Source of the DNA: Styela clava
Lineage: Eukaryota
Direction: 5' to 3'
Assembly: GCF_964204865.1 (NCBI RefSeq)
Contig: NC_135252.1
Coordinates: 21,638,001 to 21,702,000, forward strand
Length of the DNA: 64,000 bases
In this document: piece after piece, positions 14,441-29,000 of the stretch
Numbering within the stretch: the first letter of the stretch is position 1
Layout of the letters: every line of letters begins with the position of its first letter
Made by a program: the position numbers and the translations under genes
The notes under the pieces: model-generated
What the model was told of the DNA's origin: nothing
Seen by the model: only the letters and a program-made list of their open reading frames with translations
The model's database searches: none

Positions 14441-17097
14441 TAACACAAAATCACAATCCATAGGCCTAGTTGTGCCAGAGAATTGACAAAGAAGGCATAA
14501 AATCTTTATAAACCAATTTTTACTTTTGCCATTCATATAATATTTTATTTCCACATAGATAAATATGGAAACTCAATCCCATATCAGTTCCGTTACATCA
14601 TGACAGTGATAAATAAAAAAGCAGTCATATTCAAATTAGTAGTAATGTCTTTCATAGCGCAAACACCTGAGCAAGTTAATTGCGCTCTACCCATAACTAT
14701 CCCTGAAACAGATCCATATGGTTACAGCAAACGTATACTCAAGTTCCTATCAGTTTTATTTGTCGTCGTCCTTCGCTACACAAACTTGTGGTTACGTACT
14801 TGGGTTCAGTGACATTTATTATTTAGGTTTATAAACTAATACATCTGCAAAGTAAACACAGTTTATTAACAACTTATGTAAACACAATAATGAACCGTGT
14901 CCCTTAGGTCGAGACCTAATGACGGGCTAGCATAACGAATGTGTATTGGCGACGTCGTAAATCAAATAACCACTATTAAGATACAGTATACAAAGCAGCG
15001 TTCACCTTAAATAAACTCTTAATGTGATTGCTTGTTATAGTCTTGTCAGCAGTACATCCCTGTATAATACGATTTAAGCTAATGAAAAGTTGAGAATCTG
15101 CGCATTGGCGCGTACTTCGAAATGTAGAAAAGAAAGCATTTTTGTTTATCACACATAGAAATTTGCCGTAACTTAGAACGCTGTTTAGACCTCCAAGGAC
15201 TCAAAATTTCGGCCTCCGAAGAGACCCGCTAACTCCCACGGTCCAACTAGGCAATTAGAAATTTCAGAAACCCCAACACCGAATACACGTATAATCTGGC
15301 ATCTATGACAAATAACACTACACTATTACACATATTTCAATCTATTCCTGTCCCAAACAAACCATAGACAACATATTAATACGCGAATCAAACAACACAG
15401 CACTCATCTTTATCAGTTATTCTTTCAAACATTACGACAACAAAACAAAGTCACAAACGTTGAAGGTTTCCATGAGAGAATTCAAGTACCTATTACGTCA
15501 ACACTTCAGGAAGAGTGCTTCAAAGTACGATTTTACTTTTTCAATACACGATGGCTCGCTCACTTGAGAAATAGACGAGAAAAGTGAATAAATATGGTTC
15601 GGCTAGTCTGGCGCAACCTCACAAACCAAAACAATATGTTTAAAACTCCTTTCAAATGTATTCAAATATTTCCCACTGTCTGACAATAGTTTAATGTAGT
15701 CGTGTAGACATTCCATACTATATTCATAACCATTTTTCATTCTTATTATGGACAATTAAATGATTTAAAAAACATTTCTTGACATGAAACACTGCACTTG
15801 ACTAGCAGTACACATCTTGCGCAATTCCCATAAAAATCAAGCTCACCGTCTAAAATGGCAGGGCGATACCCTTCTACACAAATGACTGGCGATTGGGCCA
15901 TATATCAAGTCCATGCTTCCGAAAACATATATAACTGGGTAACTTATCCCATACCCGACATGAACTGGAAACAGGACGAGAGGCGTGGTTCGTCATAAAA
16001 TTAAGCCGTTTTATCGGCTTTCCTCACCCCCGGATCAAATATGTAAATCCTATACCAAATCCATCTCTATTCTTAACCTGCCGTCTATATAGCATACCAA
16101 TAATACTCTACGGATGGGGCCATTTCAAAAAGCGATTGGGACCACACATCCATCCATAGCAGCTATTCTGAAAATTTGCAAATGACTAACTCGAATAACT
16201 GAAGCCCGGCAAAAAACTTTCGATCGTTACTCTTCAGTAAGCACACCCGCGTGAAACGAGCATAAATATCGCAGACGAAGAGAAATTCACAATAATTTGA
16301 GCACGTGGGTGGCTCGTCAATCAGCAAGGTTTAAGGGGGCGTTAATTCTATTACTCAGGAATAGATAAGAAGCAGACTAATTCATCATTGAATAGACAAT
16401 TTGATGAGATACGAATAAACAGTAATCACGACGTTTCTACATGGGAAAAGAATCTAGAAGTCAAGCACACCGGTTCTCAACCTGTGGACAAAGATCCACT
16501 GCTGGATCACGGAAACAAACATGGGCGACAGTCCTATTAAAAATTGCTAGTTATATTCGTGTTACTATATAGTTATTTTTAATTATAGCATTAATTATTG
16601 GCATTGCGGTTTTCGGCTTCTGAGAGTTTATTTTCATTCTAATTTTTAATGTGAAACTGTCCATTTTTGCGGACAGCCAGGCATCCGCACCCTACACACA
16701 TACTGATCCACTGGCGCAGACACATAGGAATGACAGGAAGTTAGCAGCATATAACCATTACTGATAGCAATGTTATCATATCTCGCCGCTAATCATAGTT
16801 ACACACCAAACTATACACTAACATAACCAGATAATACGTGCATTGACTTCTACAAATCAATCCGTCTCAATAATCGTTTTGCATAATTTCATGAAGTTAA
16901 TATTAATCGCCTTCCCTGACATATGCTGATAACACCATAATCCTACATTATACCAAAATAGTCAATTTATAGAGATTATCACAAAGTCCCCATATAAACC
17001 ATGACATTGAGCAGATAAAGGTGTCGCTGCTTGAAGACCTATCAAGGTCCCTTGCGACTATGGCCACACAAATAATACTATTTAGTATATTTATTGG

Positions 17098-17257
17098 ACT
17101 ATTTATTTCAAGAGTGTTGCTACACACTAACATAAATGTATTTCTGTAACGTTTCGTCAGACCGGGGTGAGACTTCTTCAGCGAAGCAGACGGTAAGGCG
17201 AAACGTTACACAAATACATTTGTGTTAGTGTGTAGCGACACTCTTGAATCAAATAGT
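17098..17257. repeat. Inverted pair of Penelope-pLTR-like fragments carrying a hammerhead-like core
   Basis: Inverted arms of about 60 bp; the minus strand reads CTGAAGA-AGTC..GAC-GAAACGTTA. Related copies at 2762-2842, 23228-23328, 26415-26450 and 33995-34072. Confidence 0.65.
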
Positions 17258-19654
17258 ATAGTCATTTTTATTCTTGCCGCAGCATCCCTGCGTTGCACGC
17301 ATACGGATCCACTTCCACAAAGGCATAGAGTAAGGAAAGGTAATTGATTAGTTGCGTAACCCCAACTGACAATATTCATCTGATTCGTGAATTTCTGTAC
17401 ACTTATTTACTATTCGTGATGGCAAATAAACGATTTTGATCCCCAAATAACAACATTCACTCGCTACTTAAAACCTTACAAGTTCCATTGCGACTATTGC
17501 CATACAAATAACATTATTAGTATATTTATTGATGCACGAATTCTTGTACACTTATTATTTATTCGCGATGGCAAATACTGTAAACGATTGACTGACTGAG
17601 TCCTGAACAAAAACAACCTATACCGTCTGTCTGACTTTTTTTTCGCGAATGCAATTTTTATCATTCGGTTTCCGAATTGCGACACTCTGTACTCCTCAAT
17701 TAAAAAGCAACATCGGCTTTTAATTAAAGTGTAAAGTCCGTGTATAAATAAAAATTGTGATAAAGAAGATTGTTTCGAACTTGCTAAATCTTTGGAAACA
17801 AACTTTTGCTTTGTTTACCCATTTGGGCAGGTCTCTCTGAACACGAAACTTGCTGTAAGGAAATTATTATGGGAGAAAGCTTCTAATAATTAGACTCTAA
17901 TTCGATGTCTAATACCTATCCAACCTACTATTCAGTCCAAAAAATTGCCATAGAAAATACCGTCGTCAGTTACTATATTCTCAGAGTAAGAACCGACACA
18001 TCAACCAGCACTGGTATAATTGATGTAATTGATCTTAACGCGCTTATAGCTCTGTACGATAAACACACACGACCAGTCGTTCTGTTCCAGAATTCAGATA
18101 TAGGTTGACTATTGTTCTGATACTTCTCGCCTGTACTATTCATTTTGAGCCACAGCTCTTCAGACAAAAATCATAAATTGCTAAATTGTATGCTTTGTAT
18201 AACTTCTGTTATTTTTAAGAATCACTATCAGCATTATTCATGTTTTAGTAGAACCTCTTTATCCATTGAGAAATCTATAGCTTGGATACTAATTTCCATT
18301 AACTATTTTTAGATGTACTTCCCCCAATGAATACAACACTACGTTGTATTTTTCGCCGAAAGAAATGGAAGCTTTGAAAGCGACGCCTACTTTCTTTAAC
18401 AGAACAGTGAATGTCTCACTAAACTATACATTGGTTACTTCTGGCGATAGAGATGCCGGTAGATAGCGATGGGGTTTGGAAAAATTAGCTACAAATACGA
18501 CAAAAGTATTAATGTACAAATCCGTTTAAATTTACTGAACTAATACATTGTTTTTTACCAATATTACAATAAATTTTAATTTCCTTACGCTTACATTTTT
18601 TTATCGCTCTCTCCTCTAAATCTAAATTAAACGAATGCAATCTCGATCTTGAAGCTTCAAACAAGCTAAGTTAAATGCCTTGGGCAATTCACTCCCTTAT
18701 AATTTGTGGTTGATATCATAGACTGCAGATAGCGCACTTCAAAAAAAAGTCAAATTCGTTAAAAATAGAAAATGACGAGGTGACGTGATTTTATCTTCTG
18801 TTCGTTCTAATGGGTCAGTTGACGTAGTTGTGACCAATTATGATATCGTGTGTTGGTGTGCATGATGAAATGCATTACAAGTACTAATACATGTATATGC
18901 AAGATAGTACGTTATATAACAAAATACGTTGCGTAAAACAACACTGACAATAATATGTAGAATTAGGTATAAAAAGTTGTAGGATGGGTTGCTATGCATG
19001 CGTTTATGAAACCTTATTTAAACGCTGTAACACCATAGACATACGCACTTATGAGTTATACATACAATGCAAACCATTTTAAATGCATTCGGATTGGGGT
19101 ACTGGGCTATGACAAAGTAAAACAATAGACTCGCAATATTTAATAGTACTGTGCAAGCATTTGCAAAAATGCCCGAAAGCCAATACTTATCTGGAAAAAT
19201 TCTCAAAATAATTGCGAAACGTAATAAATATGACCGCAAGGTAAAAAATATGGACAAAATATTTAACAATGCAGATCAAATATTTGCTAAACGTTAGAAA
19301 ATTCTCAAAATAAATGAATAACATAATTAACATAATTTGTTAGTCTGGCCCAAAATCCAATATCCAAACCAAATATCAAATACCCTACACTTATCTAAAA
19401 AAAAATCGAAAAAAAAACGCGCAACTTAATAAATCTGTCCATAAACACGTCATCATAAATCCTAATCTTAGTAAAATCGATCGCTTGCTTTCCCAAATAG
19501 AAACCACGAAACTATAACACAACACTCATATAAATCTCATTTGAGATCGCATCTGCTATCAGTAGGTACAGAATAACCCGTGAAACAACAGCGCATCTGA
19601 GGAAAATCTGTCTTGGCGATTGTCCTAACAGGAACAGAGTGACCCAAAATTAGA

Positions 19655-19864
19655 AGTACTCCCGTAATCAGGCCATACCAGGTCAGGCCATGGTTTTATT
19701 CCGATTTTCCTTATTTGAGTTCTTTCACGAGTTCAGGCATAGTATGTGTAAGCCAAGTAAATATATCCGCTGCTCATAGGTTTCCGTCCCTTCACATAAC
19801 TTGATGTAAAGTAGGCGAACAAAATTAGTTACCTCCATATTGGTACACACACTTCTGAAGCGCC
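19655..19864 (-). mobile_element. MITE family B copy
   Basis: Reverse complement of family B. Confidence 0.85.
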
Positions 19865-22057
19865 CATAATTGTAAAGGTGTATTGAAGATACTATTCTGG
19901 GCACCGCTTCAGAGACTTTATATAGAATAAATATTATTGGAAATTGTTTCGACTACAGCCAAAAAAAATAACGTTTAGTGGTGCGTTTTTAGCAACCACA
20001 CATTATATTTAAACGTGCAATACGCGGTGGGATATACTTAAAGAGTCGTGTTCGCGCTTTAATTTGAATAAAGATAAATAACTCCAAATTTTTGCTTTAT
20101 ATAGAAGGCGCAGCTCGTTCCTTGGGATTAAAACATTTCTGATAATCTCAGGATTTTTACAAAGTTGAAAAAGCCTAATTTTGTGCTTTATCTGAAAGGG
20201 TTTTGATTGCTTATAGCTACTGGGAAGCTCTGGCAAAAGTATAATTCCAAAAAACATTCTGACCGATAAATATTGTGTCGCACGATCTATAGGTGATTTA
20301 GCCCTATACAAATATTATTACAAGTTTGCCCAAGAGTAACAAAATATTATATCAGGCAAACCATCGAAGACCAAAAGCCGCTTTGGAGTAGCAAACATGT
20401 AATAGAATAATATACGAGCAACGGTAAAATTGGCGCAATCATACACAAACAGAAAAACAGAAGTTCAAGTGTTAAATAATGTTAAAATAAATAAGAAATT
20501 TACTCTTTATATATTTCTTGTCCTTAGTCTTTATTCCTTTCCTATTGGCAGGCTATTTCAACAATGTCATTAGAATGCAGATATAGAGCAATAAAACCGA
20601 TTAATTTAATTTTGTTTTCTTACGAGCCTATTGCTTCCCAATAATATTTATGTTGTAACCACAAACCATTTTATTTTAGAATATCGCCAATCGTTTTGTT
20701 ATTTTTGTCAGTCTATTTGTTGTTATAAGACGAGGACTGGTCAATTCTCTACGCCAGTATTAAACCTACACGCATAATTGTCTATAATGGCTAAAACTGG
20801 CGCCGGAACTGAACAAGAGCAAGAAAATTTTATCTGAGCTATTCTGACATACTTTATTCCCGAGACTTGGACTGAAATTTGGAAACATACCTGATAGAAG
20901 AGTCACAAGGGAGATCTGAGCATATATTTATCGTATTTGAAACAGATATATCTGTAATATCGGTTTACACAAACTAGAACTAGCGCCGGGACTGCTTCAA
21001 AAAGCAAAAATCATTCAAATTTATCAAAATTGTAATACTTTGGATTTTATTCCTAAATATTTTCTTAAAAAGCTTATTATAGGCCTGGCATTGATTGTGG
21101 GTTGTTCTGTTTTCCTAAGGTTACTGTTGAAAAAAGCGGTCAAGAATAAATCACTAAAGATAGAAAACAAATCTGATCTCGACTTTGATGGCATGAAATA
21201 TAACTTGGGAAATAACTCATTTCAACATTTTTTTTGCTCACTGAAATTATGCAGCAAATATGTCCCCTAAGTATCTTTACTATTCCCAAAAATTCTTACC
21301 AATACAAACGATCTTATTTCTAATTTGCAAAGAAACTCTGTATATGTATACCCAAGCACATATAAAGCTCGATGAAAAATATTCTAAAATTAAGCATTAT
21401 CAAATGCAGACAAATAAAAAAGTCATCATTAGCATAACTTAATCATTAGCACAATTTGGCCCTGGCACTGCGAATCTGCGATACAAAATGGGAACGATGT
21501 GCACAAATCGATTGCGAAGTCCCTAATGAGATTCTCGATTACGAGGTCCCTAATGAGACTTTCTCACATGAGAAGCAGTTATTAACGCCCGATAAGAAAT
21601 CTCAAGTGATTTTGTAAGCACGAGACAAGTGGATTTCAAAGTACAAGTGTCGTGTAGATAATTAGTTCAAAAAGGTTCAATCAACATAAGCACAGGGGTT
21701 CGCACAAAGAATTTATCTTGCGAGGAAATACCGAGAAATTCGGCATTGGCTATCCATTAGGTCTACCCAATATGTGCCCGACTTGAGACTGTTAGATAGA
21801 TACTAGTCACATCAAGTTCATTTATACTTTTTGAAATTGCAGGGAATTTATCGATATTACATATTGTTTTGGCCCTCACAAATGTATTTAAATGAAGTAT
21901 CAACACTTAAACAATTACTGATTAAAAAACAAAAAACCTGGCTAAGATATATTGAGAACTGATACAACAAGGCGCAATGTCTAATCTAAAACTACATACG
22001 CCATATGCGAAATTAAAATTATAATTTCATACCTAAAACAGCATGTGGTATTTCATT

Positions 22058-22340
22058 GTATATAAACCCGGAAGTGCGTCGTCTTTCACAAAAAGACAGT
22101 AGGGCGGGACCATCGGCTTAAATCCTTCACATTTCATTCATTCGGGATTTACTTTTTGACTTTTGAAGTTCGCTCTATTGTGTTGCACAGCGTGGAAGCC
22201 GACAGATAGAAATCTGGCCTCAATCGCAGAGGCTTAGCTTCCACGCTAGGAATGTAAGTTTGGCGGCAAGACAGTTGGAAATCCCTTCGAAATGAGAAAG
22301 AAATGCGGGCGCGTTACTTCCGTTACTCTTCCGTGATAAC
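22058..22340. promoter_or_regulatory. Promoter/enhancer-like motif cluster (TATA-like, ETS CCGGAAGT, GC box, further CGGAAG sites)
   Basis: tatataaa-cccggaagtg at ~22059-22076, gggcggga at ~22102, two reverse CGGAAG at ~22315-22333; locally higher GC. Motif evidence only. Confidence 0.3.
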
Positions 22341-23697
22341 TCTACTTGCTTCTTATATTTCCCGAACGACATCACTCTTAAAATGCGTTTTGAAAATTCG
22401 TACAAAACAAGATTTTACACAAAGAGGTGCTGAACCATAGGAAGAAACTCAGCTCTCAGAATGAAGATGCTACCGATTTAACATTAATAAACTACAATGC
22501 CATCTTGCTTGAAAACGCCGAAAGATAACCGTAGTATCCTTTACATTCGCTAAACCAGGAGGTATCTGCTAATTATTCGAGATTAACATGTGTGTACATA
22601 ACATACATTAGCATTGGCATAAATAATACTGTATATGGTGCTAATGTATACAATCATACACGGAACCTATCATGTGTAATGTATACAATCTATCTTCATA
22701 CTAATGACTGTATGAAACAAAATATCCCACCCTACGTCTCCTCTGTTCCACAGTTGTAATTCCTTAATGTACCCATCTTCCCTGCACGTCTTCGTAGAAG
22801 TCTAAACTTGAGGTGTGAAATACCTAATTAGAAAATGTATATTCTGGTGTCTCTCTAGTCTCAATTCCACCCAATTCACTAATTTGCAGAATATTGCAAA
22901 TCAAACACCCACAGACACCAGCATACTTGCTAAGTAAACTATGAACTCTCTGCAGACTATATCTTGCAATAAACTTGATACAAACGACCCGAAGAACCGT
23001 CTGTGTTTGATCACCAAAAGCGCCCGTCTGGCTGTCACAATACAAGTTAAAATGACTTCGCACCAACTGCTTTAACTTATTTCAAATCCAATCATATTTG
23101 TGCTATCAGTCGGGTTTCTGTGGGACCAACTATTCATCTTTCGTCTATTCTTTGTGTCTGTGTCGGTGGACCTGTACGTTTACAATGCAACGATGCTGTA
23201 GCAGGAGAGAAGATAAGTATTCTAAGTGATTAAAGAGTCTTGCTGCACACTAACATAAATATATTTATGTAACGTTTTGCCTGGCCATGGTCAGACTTCC
23301 TCAGACGATGTGCAGCAACTCTTGAATCCCTTATGATCATATTTATTTGTATATACATGCCTATCTGTAACATAATATTACTGCGGTACATAAGGACATG
23401 GGAAACGACACGCTAAATTTATACACTCGCTAGTCACACAATGCATACGTGTGCTACGTACTAACGTTTGTATAAATATCTGTTTCCCACAAATGAAAAC
23501 GGTACATGAGGACCACAGGAACGGTAAACGGCTAAATTTTTTACGCTCGCTCGTTTTTCAACTAGCCACTAAGATGATGTGTACTCATTTGTACATATAT
23601 CTGCCCATCTGTAACATACCACTACTGGCCATATACTCACTAGTTATACGAATAAGTGTGTTATGTACTAAATATGTATGTACAGTGTACACATTTG

Positions 23698-23933
23698 GGT
23701 GTTCCCGAAGTATGCGAACCAAGATGGCGGACATCGGAACGTAACATGGGTAACAGGTTAGGGTTAGGCCATAATCTTTTTCCAATTTTCCTTATTTTAG
23801 TCCTATTATCAGTTCGAAGACTAGCCAAGAGCCTCCCGTAGTATTTATACCTAAAATTATGGCCTAACCCTAACCTAGTACACATATTACATTCCGATGT
23901 CCGCCATCTTGGTTCGCATACTTCGGGAGCCCC
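23698..23933 (-). mobile_element. MITE family A copy
   Basis: Perfect 8-bp TSD cacatttg (23690-97, 23934-41). Confidence 0.92.
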
Positions 23934-25699
23934 CACATTTGTATATATCTGTCTATCTGTAGAACATAATACACCAGTAAAACAAGTCAAAAGAAACGAT
24001 GCCCGCTAAATTCAAGTATGCTATGTAATCAGTGTACATACACTCATCTGTGTACAACTGTCTATATGCTGCATGTATTACACTGGAACATAATTGCATA
24101 AAGTACTATACACTAACACTTGCACATTTACACAACGAGCAAGCGAGCTATGTGGTGGATATACGCGTCATGTGATTTGAATAACCTTCTGCACGAGACT
24201 ATTTTTAGAAACTCATGTCCTTCTTTGCACCGAGCATTCCAGAAATCTTACAAATTTGTGCGACTGATATGCCCCACTGCGCGTCAAGACGTTGTGGTTT
24301 TCATATCAGCAGATGGGTTGTCTGTCTAATGTCTTATTTTGATATCGGTTACTCTATTCTACAGTTGTACTTCTTTAATGCACCGTCTTTCGTATAAGTC
24401 TTCGTAGAAGTATATACCGGCAGTTAAGGTGCAAAATACTTAATAAGAAAATGCATATTCCGGTGTCTTTTCAAGTCTCAATTTCACCCAAATCACCAAT
24501 TTGTATTCACAGAATATTGCAAATCAAACAATCAAAGATACCAGAATACTTGTGGTTGATATGACAAGAACAGGTGTCCAGAACTACCGATATGTTTGAG
24601 AAAAGGGCGGGTACTTAGAAGAATTATTGTGCTATCATAGTCACTGATATTTTCGTCCGATATGCTCTCTTTGATTTCGTTTATATTAAATAAAAGTGGG
24701 TTGTAAACTTGTAGTAACGTAACTTCCCTTGGCTTAATCTGGTATGCCCTCCCAAATCTTTTCCGAAAGGTTTCATTTGATGCGCACACCGCCCAAACTC
24801 ATCCTAAGATCCTAGAGAGTTATGAGGGAAAAGACAGAATAGTATATTGTTTATTTTTGAAGAAAAGTAAGGCAATTACAGAGTACCAATATATAAATCT
24901 TCAAAAGTCACCACTTTATACTAACCGCTGGATAAGTTCGGTTATTGCCTCACCTAATCTGAGATACAGATGTGGGGCAATAGCAGTACAGCACCCACTT
25001 AAAACTTCGAATGTTTCCGCTCACTTATGCTTTATACCAACAACTTAATAACGCGACGAAGCAAAATCTCCCCACAAATGGATCCGCTCTTTTTCATCTG
25101 TTCAAACATTATTTCGTCACAATTCAAACAATAAGCGTCTCGCGCGCAATCGCTAACTGGGTTAACTGCTTTACGCAAAAATAACTTTTCCGTCGCTAAT
25201 ATTTCTATTGTGACCCCTAACAAAAAGGACAATGGGGAAAAAATATTTAGCAACGTGACTATAGTAAAGTTTTCGATTTATGTCATAGCCATTGTCGAAT
25301 TTACGAGGTGAATATGACAGTTAAAAAACACTTGACCGCAGATTGATCCAAGTTTCCGATCGTGATAAAAATAAGATTTATACAAAGGCAAGAATGTGAA
25401 TTTACGTCAAATGTCTGTTTGTCAAGACCAAACATTTGTAAACAGAACTTTGTACAAACGAATACACATAGATGATTAGCACGTTTATTGCCTACAAATA
25501 GGCAAATTTGTGACGTCGGATGACATTCCCAAGGATTTGGTGGTTTGAGATCAAATATCAATCGCACGGGATTTGCGTTTGTTGAATCGGGCTCGATTAC
25601 TGCATGTTGAAATTTATATAGATGTTGACGTGAATTTGGGGGTCGAGACACATCAGGTTTCGACATGTCTATTTGTTACGAACATTGTATAGTCCCACG

Positions 25700-26075
25700 C
25701 GCCACACACAAAATACATACAGCATCAGCTTTTAGCACACATTTCTGGGGGGTGTTCTTTGGATCGAAGATTGGGACGCGAAATTGGCTCAATGGGTCGC
25801 GGTAAATTCCCTTTCGACACTAACTTATGTTGAACCAAAACATCGATCAAATTTGAATGATTTGAAACATGTACCTCTCCATCAACGAAATAGAGCCAAG
25901 ACTCGATCTTCAGTTCAAGAATTTGCAAGCACATCGGTCTCATTAATTAACGGCATTGTCAATTTTATTATTCATTTTTAAATATTACTGAATTTCACTT
26001 TTTTTATTATTTTATTCCTTGGGGTCGCAAAAATTTTGGCCGCGCCGAGTGCGTCGTGATTAAAAAAAAGCACTG
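25700..26075 (+). pseudogene. Relic of a hAT Buster/Charlie-type transposase C-terminus plus element 3' end (may extend upstream to ~25150)
   Basis: Frameshifted peptides LSTLTYVEPKHRSNLN and NEIEPRLDLQFKNLQAHRSH* (stop 25944-46) match the Buster/ZBED8-type C-terminal signature; followed by ggggtcgc...aagcactg and an NNNTANNN-type flank. Confidence 0.7.
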
Positions 26076-29000
26076 CTTTAATATACAATATATGCTCATA
26101 CAAAATAGCAATTAGCTTCACGACAATATACAATTACGACGGAGAATCAAATTGCTTGCTTGTTAATATCGCAGAACGTGATTAATTTGCCACTAATTGA
26201 CGCATTTATAATCCCATTGGGCGGCAAAAATACTGAGAAAGCGACTCGATAACTCCAATTACATCTGAAACGGTTTCATAATAGGCTAATATAGACTTTG
26301 GAACAAACTGGATATGCTACTAGAGGCTACAGAAGTTCAATTCAAATAGAAGTCAAATGAAATAACTAACCTGGCTACTGAAATAAAACTAAAATATATT
26401 CGGAAAACACATTTTATTAAGTGATTTAAGAGTCTTGCTGCACACTAACTTCTTCGCCCAGCCCTTCCAATCTTTCTATTTGCTATTGTTCTTGTATGCT
26501 CTCTAAATTTCATGAGAGTTGGACAAAACTAATTACTAATAAACTACAAAGCAATGTTCTTCTTACAAAAAGAATTTACTCAACCTCATAAAAACCTAAA
26601 TTTAAAAATATTTAGGAACACAAACATCATTTACCAGTAATTATTTAATAATAACTACTATTAATTTGTTCAAAACAAAGCCATACCCCTAGCAAGCAAA
26701 TCTATTTTAATTTAGCGAAGATTTAAATGCTTCGTAATATCTACCAATACCAGCATAAGGCATCTTGTTCGTCTGCACGATATAACTATTACGCTTTCCC
26801 TCATTCGAGATGAAGCGGTCACAACGGGACATTGTTCCGTCATATGCGATTTAACGGGTCACTGGGCAGCAATAAAACAAAGTTTTTGATTGGCTATTGA
26901 TACGTCAATCAATATAATCTGTATAAAAATAGCAGATGGAAGATGACGGTAAATTGGACTCAATTAAGCGTACCCCGTTTTATATACTTCAACTAACTGC
27001 ATATGAGAATTGAGAATAAGATAATATCTTTCCCGAAATAGAGTATTAGTGAGCCTTCTTAGAGGTTAGATCACAGCCTTACCTTTCTCAGTTAAAACAA
27101 AATATAACTTCATAACAAATTCAGACCGAACAGCTAATATTACAAATAATTTTTTTGCAAGAATTCGGTGAATATATTCCTATTTATTTATAAAGCAAGA
27201 AAACGTACAAATAATCTTAATAGAAGCAACGAGTTATCCTTACAAGGCCACCCAAAGGTATAAAACCTAGCGAGACTAATCTATCGAATGGGCAATGAAA
27301 TTACCGGTAGATATTTTCTCATTGAATCGCGATCCCCTGATTGCCCGCTTTATTGCCGGAACGTGAATCACTGGTAAACAAAACCTGGATTTCTAAGATA
27401 CCTTTGGGTTACTGAGTAAACACCGGACTCCTTCAAAATCAAACAACACACTCATTTAGAAATTGATTAAAGTATTTTACGATCTATGTGTTTTGTGCAA
27501 TAAATTAAAATAGTGGCAGTGAAAGGATGTTGTAAATTAGTTCACAAGATTGAAATATAGATAAATATATCACTATATTGGAACGACGCATCCGCGGAGA
27601 GTAATTTGGATTGTCATATTGGCAATGCGTATATATGGTTCTTATATCGCCAATTGGAAAGTCTCCTTCGAATAGGTTTATATAAAGACAGCGGCTTGGA
27701 AAAATGGATGTATATATGGTCCCAAACGCAAATTCAAAAGCCTTCTTCATAAAGCCAATAATCAGTGTCAGTATTACATTTTTTCACCATCATGTAAAAA
27801 CACTTTTCGCAAACAAAATAAAAAACAAACGTAAAAATGGTATTACGGGATGAAAAAGGCGCGAAACAGTATACCCAATAGTCAATACTGGTTATCAAGC
27901 AGCGACACCTGCCTCGTTATAAGACAGAAGAGTATATTTCGTCACTAGAAATTTGGGTTACGATGACCGTATTTGAGTATTTTATTTGATAAATTAACAC
28001 AGTGGCGATGAATAGTTGTTGCAAATAGGTAGGTTATCAAGTTAGTGATCGGGATAGATATTTCGCAATGATCGATATTTGAATGACTTTTTCAATAGAG
28101 AGATATGACATATATAGGCATTTATCGCCTAAATGCAAGTTGTAACTATGGTTCCTATGTATTACTTCACAATGAAGTTACCAGACAAAGCATTTAACAT
28201 TTTATGACTTCCTAATTAATGTAGAACTTACTGTCGTACCAAACCGGAAACCAAAGATGGAAAACATTATTTGCCATTCCGGTATTTATTTAAATTCCAC
28301 CGATTATTTTTTAGAAAATCCATTGTGGTAATTCGCACTTATAAGGTGATTAGCGCTCACTTGTCTCAAGAACATAGAATACGACTTGAGTCAGGGTGCA
28401 ATATACTTAAGTACTCCGTACTTATTGCTTCTGCGTAATTTCAAGAGTCATGGTCACCATTGGAATTTTGTGAGTTCCCTGTTATAAATTCATCAAATCA
28501 GTCAGATTTCCGCACATGAATGACCCTAACCACAAATTGAATTCTGTTTTATCCCTTTCAAACGTTATAGATCATCAAATACGTCTGAATTTCGTACTCA
28601 ATGACCCTTACCCTAACCACAAGCGGAACAGGAAGACCTCTTCTTACGTTTTTATACGAGGCGTTTTCACACATTCACCTCGAATATGGTTCTGGACAAA
28701 TTCGTAAGAAATATATCACGTAATTTGACTAATCTTCTTAATTTCCTAATTTTTTTTACAATTATCTATTTAATCACACTTAGGAAAAGCAAACAAAAAC
28801 TTGTTTAGAAATCTTTCATCAACACTATAAAAACAATCATACGCTGGAACCCACCGCGCTTGTAAATTCAAGCAGGAATTAATTCAGAAGCTCATAAAAC
28901 CTAATGAGATGGTTAGCAAGAGACTTAAATATTTGACTTGTAATTTCAACATAATTGAGTTTTGATCGCCAAGAACGCCAATCATGGCCATAAAAGATAA

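Noticed and set aside
25032-25943. Minus-strand ORFs of 72-121 aa as a gene
   Set aside because: They are antisense to the Buster-type transposase relic and show no recognisable domain.
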